Under the pieces are notes generated by a model. The model searched no databases. It was not told the DNA's origin and saw only the letters and a program-made list of their open reading frames with translations. Source: Balanoglossus misakiensis (lineage: Eukaryota > Animalia > Hemichordata). From it: a stretch of 64,000 bases of DNA. The translations under genes and the position numbers were made by a program. The stretch covers positions 1,160,831-1,224,830 of the forward strand of contig CM082578.2 in assembly GCA_040954595.2 (NCBI GenBank), written 5' to 3'. This document shows positions 60,301-64,000 of this stretch, in pieces (position 1 is the stretch's first letter; each line of letters opens with the position of its first letter).

Positions 60301-62600
60301 CTAGTGGCCAGTGTCGTGCCCATCAATTTTCAGTGTTTGGTGGGGTCAACCTTTGCGTCAACCTTGATTAGCCAGGCCATGCAGAGCTAGTGGCCAGTGT
60401 CGTTCCCATCAATTTTGAGTGTTTGGTGGGGTCAACCTTTGCGTCAACCTTGATTAGCCAGGCCATGCAGAGCTAGTGGCCAGTGTCGTGCCCATCAATT
60501 TTGAGTGTTTGGTGGGGTCAACCTTTGCGTCAACCTTGATTAGCCAGGCCATGCAGAGCTAGTGGCCAGTGTCGTGCCCATCAATTTTGAGTGTTTGGTG
60601 GGGTCAACCTTTGCGTCAACATAGATTAGCCAGGCCAGAGCTAGTGGCCAGTGTCGTGCCCATCAATTTTGAGTGTTTGGTGGGGTCAACCCTTGCGTCA
60701 ACATTGATTAGCCAGGCCAGAGCTTAGTGGCCAGTGTCGTGCCCATCAAGTATGAGTGTTTGGTGGGGTCAACCCTTGCGTCAACCTTGATTAGCCAGGC
60801 CAGAGCTAGTGGCCAGTGTCGTGCCCATCAATTATGAGTGTTTGGTGGGGTCAACCTTTGCGTCAACCTTGATTAGCCAGGCCATGCAGAGCTAGTGGCC
60901 AGTGTCGTGCCCATCAATTTTGAGTGTTTGGTGGGGTCAACCTTTGCGTCAACCTTGATTAGCCAGGCCATGCAGAGCTAGTGGCCAGTGTCGTGCCCAT
61001 CAATTTTGAGTGTTTGGTGGGGTCAACCTTTGCGTCAACCTTGATTAACCAGGCCATGCAGAGCTAGTGGCCAGTGTCGTGCCCATCAATTTTGAGTGTT
61101 TGGTGGGGTCAACCTTTGCGTCAACCTTGATTAACCAGGCCATGCAGAGCTAGTGGCCAGTGTCGTGCCCATCAATTTTGAGTGTTTGGTGGGGTCAACC
61201 TTTGCGTCAACCTTGATTAACCAGGCCATGCAGAGCTAGTGGCCAGTGTCGTGCCCATCAATTTTGAGTGTTTGGTGGGGTCAACCTTTGCGTCAACCTT
61301 GATTAACCAGGCCATGCAGAGCTAGTGGCCAGTGTCGTGCCCATCAATTTTGAGTGTTTGGTGGGGTCAACCTTTGCGTCAACATTGATTAGCAAGGCCA
61401 GAGCTAGTGGCCAGTGTCGTGCCCATCAATTTTGAGTGTTTGGTGGGGTCAACCCTTGCGTCAACATTGATTAGCCAGGCCAGAGCTTAGTGGCCAGTGT
61501 CGTGCCCATCAAGTATGAGTGTTTGGTGGGGTCAACCCTTGCGTCAACCTTGATTAGCCAGGCCAGAGCTAGTGGCCAGTGTCGTGCCCATCAATTATGA
61601 GTGTTTGGTGGGGTCAACCTTTGCGTCAACCTTGATTAGCCAGGCCATGCAGAGCTAGTGGCCAGTGTCGTGCCCATCAATTATGAGTGTTTGGTGGGGT
61701 CAACCTTTGCGTCAACCTTGATTAGCCAGGCCATGCAGAGCTAGTGGCCAGTGTCGTGCCCATCAATTTTGAGTGTTTGGTGGGGTCAACCTTTGCGTCA
61801 ACCTTGATTAGCCAGGCCATGCAGAGCTAGTGGCCAGTGTCGTGCCCATCAATTTTGAGTGTTTGATGGGGTCAACCTTTGCGTCAACCTTGATTAGCCA
61901 GGCCATGCAGAGCTAGTGGCCAGTGTCGTGCCCATCAATTTTGAGTGTTTGGTGGGGTCAACCTTTGCGTCAACCTTGATTAGCCAGGCCATGCAGAGCT
62001 AGTGGCCAGTGTCGTGCCCATCAATTTTGAGTGTTTGGTGGGGTCAACCTTTGCGTAAACCTTGATTAACCAGGCCATGCAGAGCTAGTGGCCAGTGTCG
62101 TGCCCATCAATTTTGAGTGTTTGGTGGGGTCAACCTTTGCGTCAACCTTGATTAACCAGGCCATGCAGAGCTAGTGGCCAGTGTCGTGCCCATCAATTTT
62201 GAGTGTTTGGTGGGGTCAACCTTTGCGTCAACCTTGATTAACCAGGCCATGCAGAGCTAGTGGCCAGTGTCGTGCCCATCAATTTTGAGTGTTTGGTGGG
62301 GTAACCTTTGCGTCAACCTTGATTAACCAGGCCATGCAGAGCTAGTGGCCAGTGTCGTGCCCATCAATTTTGAGTGTTTGGGGGGGTCAACCTTTGCGTC
62401 AACATTGATTAACCAGGCCATGCAGAGCTAGTGGCCAGTGTCGTGCCCATCAATTTTGAGTGTTTGGTGGGGTCAACCTTTGCGTCAACATTGATTAACC
62501 AGGCCATGCAGAGCTAGTGGCCAGTGTCGTGCCCATCAATTTTGAGTGTTTGGTGGGGTCAACCTTTGCGTCAACATTGATTAACCAGGCCATGCAGAGC
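54327..62600 (+). repeat. 86-bp satellite (82/83-bp variants), roughly 75 copies, in two blocks 54327-56702 and 58550-62600
   Basis: Monomer tagtggccagtgtcgtgcccatcaattttgagtgtttggtggggtcaacctttgcgtcaacattgattagccaggccatgcagagc; copy number estimated from length. Confidence 0.97.
56703..58549. mobile_element. 1847-bp non-autonomous TIR element with 4-bp TSD, superfamily unassigned
   Basis: TIR cagcccgaacgca / tgcgttcgggctg; TSD gatt; the empty site cattgattagcc is seen in satellite monomers; internal direct repeats near 57050 and 57237; no convincing ORF. Confidence 0.88.
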
Positions 62601-62849
62601 TACATGTATGTTGCCTGTAAGGCACACATCTCCAATTGGTACATTGGGCCTATCATACTGTACATGTACAACTAGGAAAATGTACTTCATCATATTTCCA
62701 TAGTCAGCAGCTTCAAGAACATGTTGCCTTCTCTATATGAATGTTTAGACTAAAAAGAAGTATAAGAAGAATAAAGTTGTCCAATTATTGTTGGCAGGGG
62801 GTGGGGATGTGTGCTCCCATACAAATGTATATGGGTATGTACTCTTTAA

Positions 62850-63396
62850 AGGTCACATGTCATGCTTTGGAAAGTTTTCATTTTTCCACGTCAAAAGCTC
62901 ACCTAGAGTACCTGTCTATGCATTGCCTATTGTGTCGGTTCTGAAAAATGTGCACGAATGCCGGAATTTGCCATCTTTTTTCATGCCTGTGATCAGGGAG
63001 CCACTTCGCACTCGAGCCAGGCGAAGGTATTTGCATATGGACAAACAAGTACACTATGTCCTAGTGTACCATTCTGCTAACAGTAAAGTGTAATTAGCAG
63101 TCCATGAGTATTTAAGTCCACAGACAAAGACAAGCTATATAAACAGTGTTCAAAGCAAATGAAGCCCTTGCCTCACATTACAGGCAGAGGATTTACGAAG
63201 GTGTGAAAGACTATTTGTCCACATCAAGATAAGTCTTCGACTGAGTTGGGTTAGGGGTACACGCCCACCCGCCACTTTTACTTGCTTGTTATCTAAGCAC
63301 AAGGGGCAAAACGCATTGCAAGATAGTAACATATGTTAACTTCAAGACCCAAATAGTGATTTTACGCGTGGTTGTATAGGGCATGGCACGTGACCT
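62850..63396. mobile_element. MITE, Kolobok-like (AGG...CCT, TTAA TSD)
   Basis: ttaa|aggtcacatgtcatgc ... gcatggcacgtgacct|ttaa. Confidence 0.75.
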
Positions 63397-63762
63397 TTAA
63401 GAAAAACCTTCATATGCAAGAGAAAAATGGTAAATGACAAAGAAAATTTGACTGGTATTACAATAGGTCGGGTTTTTGGCATTTACACATATTGATGTTA
63501 TCAACCGGGAAGCACACTACGTGCTGAAAATAATTGGAGACCTCTCGCCCGGGGTGTCGGCCAGTGGCCACATACATTTCCAGTCCTAAACCTTGCATCA
63601 GTTCTGTGGTGCGGATTAAGAAATAAGATTGGCGCTACAATATGCCCACTTAGTTTGAAATGGATTCTGCATATATACATGTAAACACATTGAAAATGAG
63701 ATATTACACATATAATCATGGGACAAGAAGGGCAAAAATTAAATTATCCAGCAGGTGTTCGA

Positions 63763-64000
63763 ATTATGCAAATTAGAACAGTTGTCTAATATTGCCATGT
63801 CAACCACGTTGAAATTGTTTTAGGTACCCATATTAATTAAAACCGTGAAAATGCGACATTACACACCATATAAGACAAACCAGGGAAATGTACATGTTAG
63901 AGAAGTTTGTCGGCCATTTTGGATTATGCAAATTAGAACAGTTGTCTAATATTGCCATGTCAACCACGCTGAAATTGTTTTAGTTACCCATATTGATGAA
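63763..64000. repeat. Start of a ~160-bp tandem repeat running off the window
   Basis: attatgcaaattagaacagttgtctaatattgccatgtcaaccacg at 63763 and 63923. Confidence 0.75.

Noticed and set aside
54327-62600. CRISPR array or coding repeat
   Set aside because: No unique spacers; monomer lengths are not multiples of 3 and contain stops

Overview
Eukaryotic (metazoan, probably marine invertebrate) genomic DNA with GT-AG introns. Bases 164-7878 carry 12 minus-strand exons of a secreted or membrane multidomain gene of Uninflatable/SVEP1 type: pentraxin-LamG, EGF, HYR, Sushi, a furin-site region, four Ephrin-receptor-like Cys repeats and a Ca-EGF. One of its splice acceptors reads AT instead of AG. 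The rest of the window is almost entirely mobile DNA. The main structure is about 21 copies of a ~1.4 kb non-autonomous Helentron-like element (HINE/DINE-1 architecture, all minus strand) at 8116-11521 and ~19400-49686. This looks like a macrosatellite but parses as a last-in-first-out nest. From 21795 to 49581 there are 17 element tails and 17 modern heads (one partial) that balance like parentheses, and head variants match the body variants predicted by the nesting. Displaced heads pile up in CRISPR-looking stacks. Inside or beside the nest are a decayed ISL2EU-like element (THAP + SWIM/YqaJ, internal inversion, its own HINE insert), a foldback MITE with a 9-bp TSD, a 5'-truncated CR1/L2-group LINE with a 10-bp TSD, a candidate OB-fold/tRNA-Gln-like segment, and an 86-bp satellite split by a 1.85 kb TIR element. 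All family assignments are by eye, with no database search.
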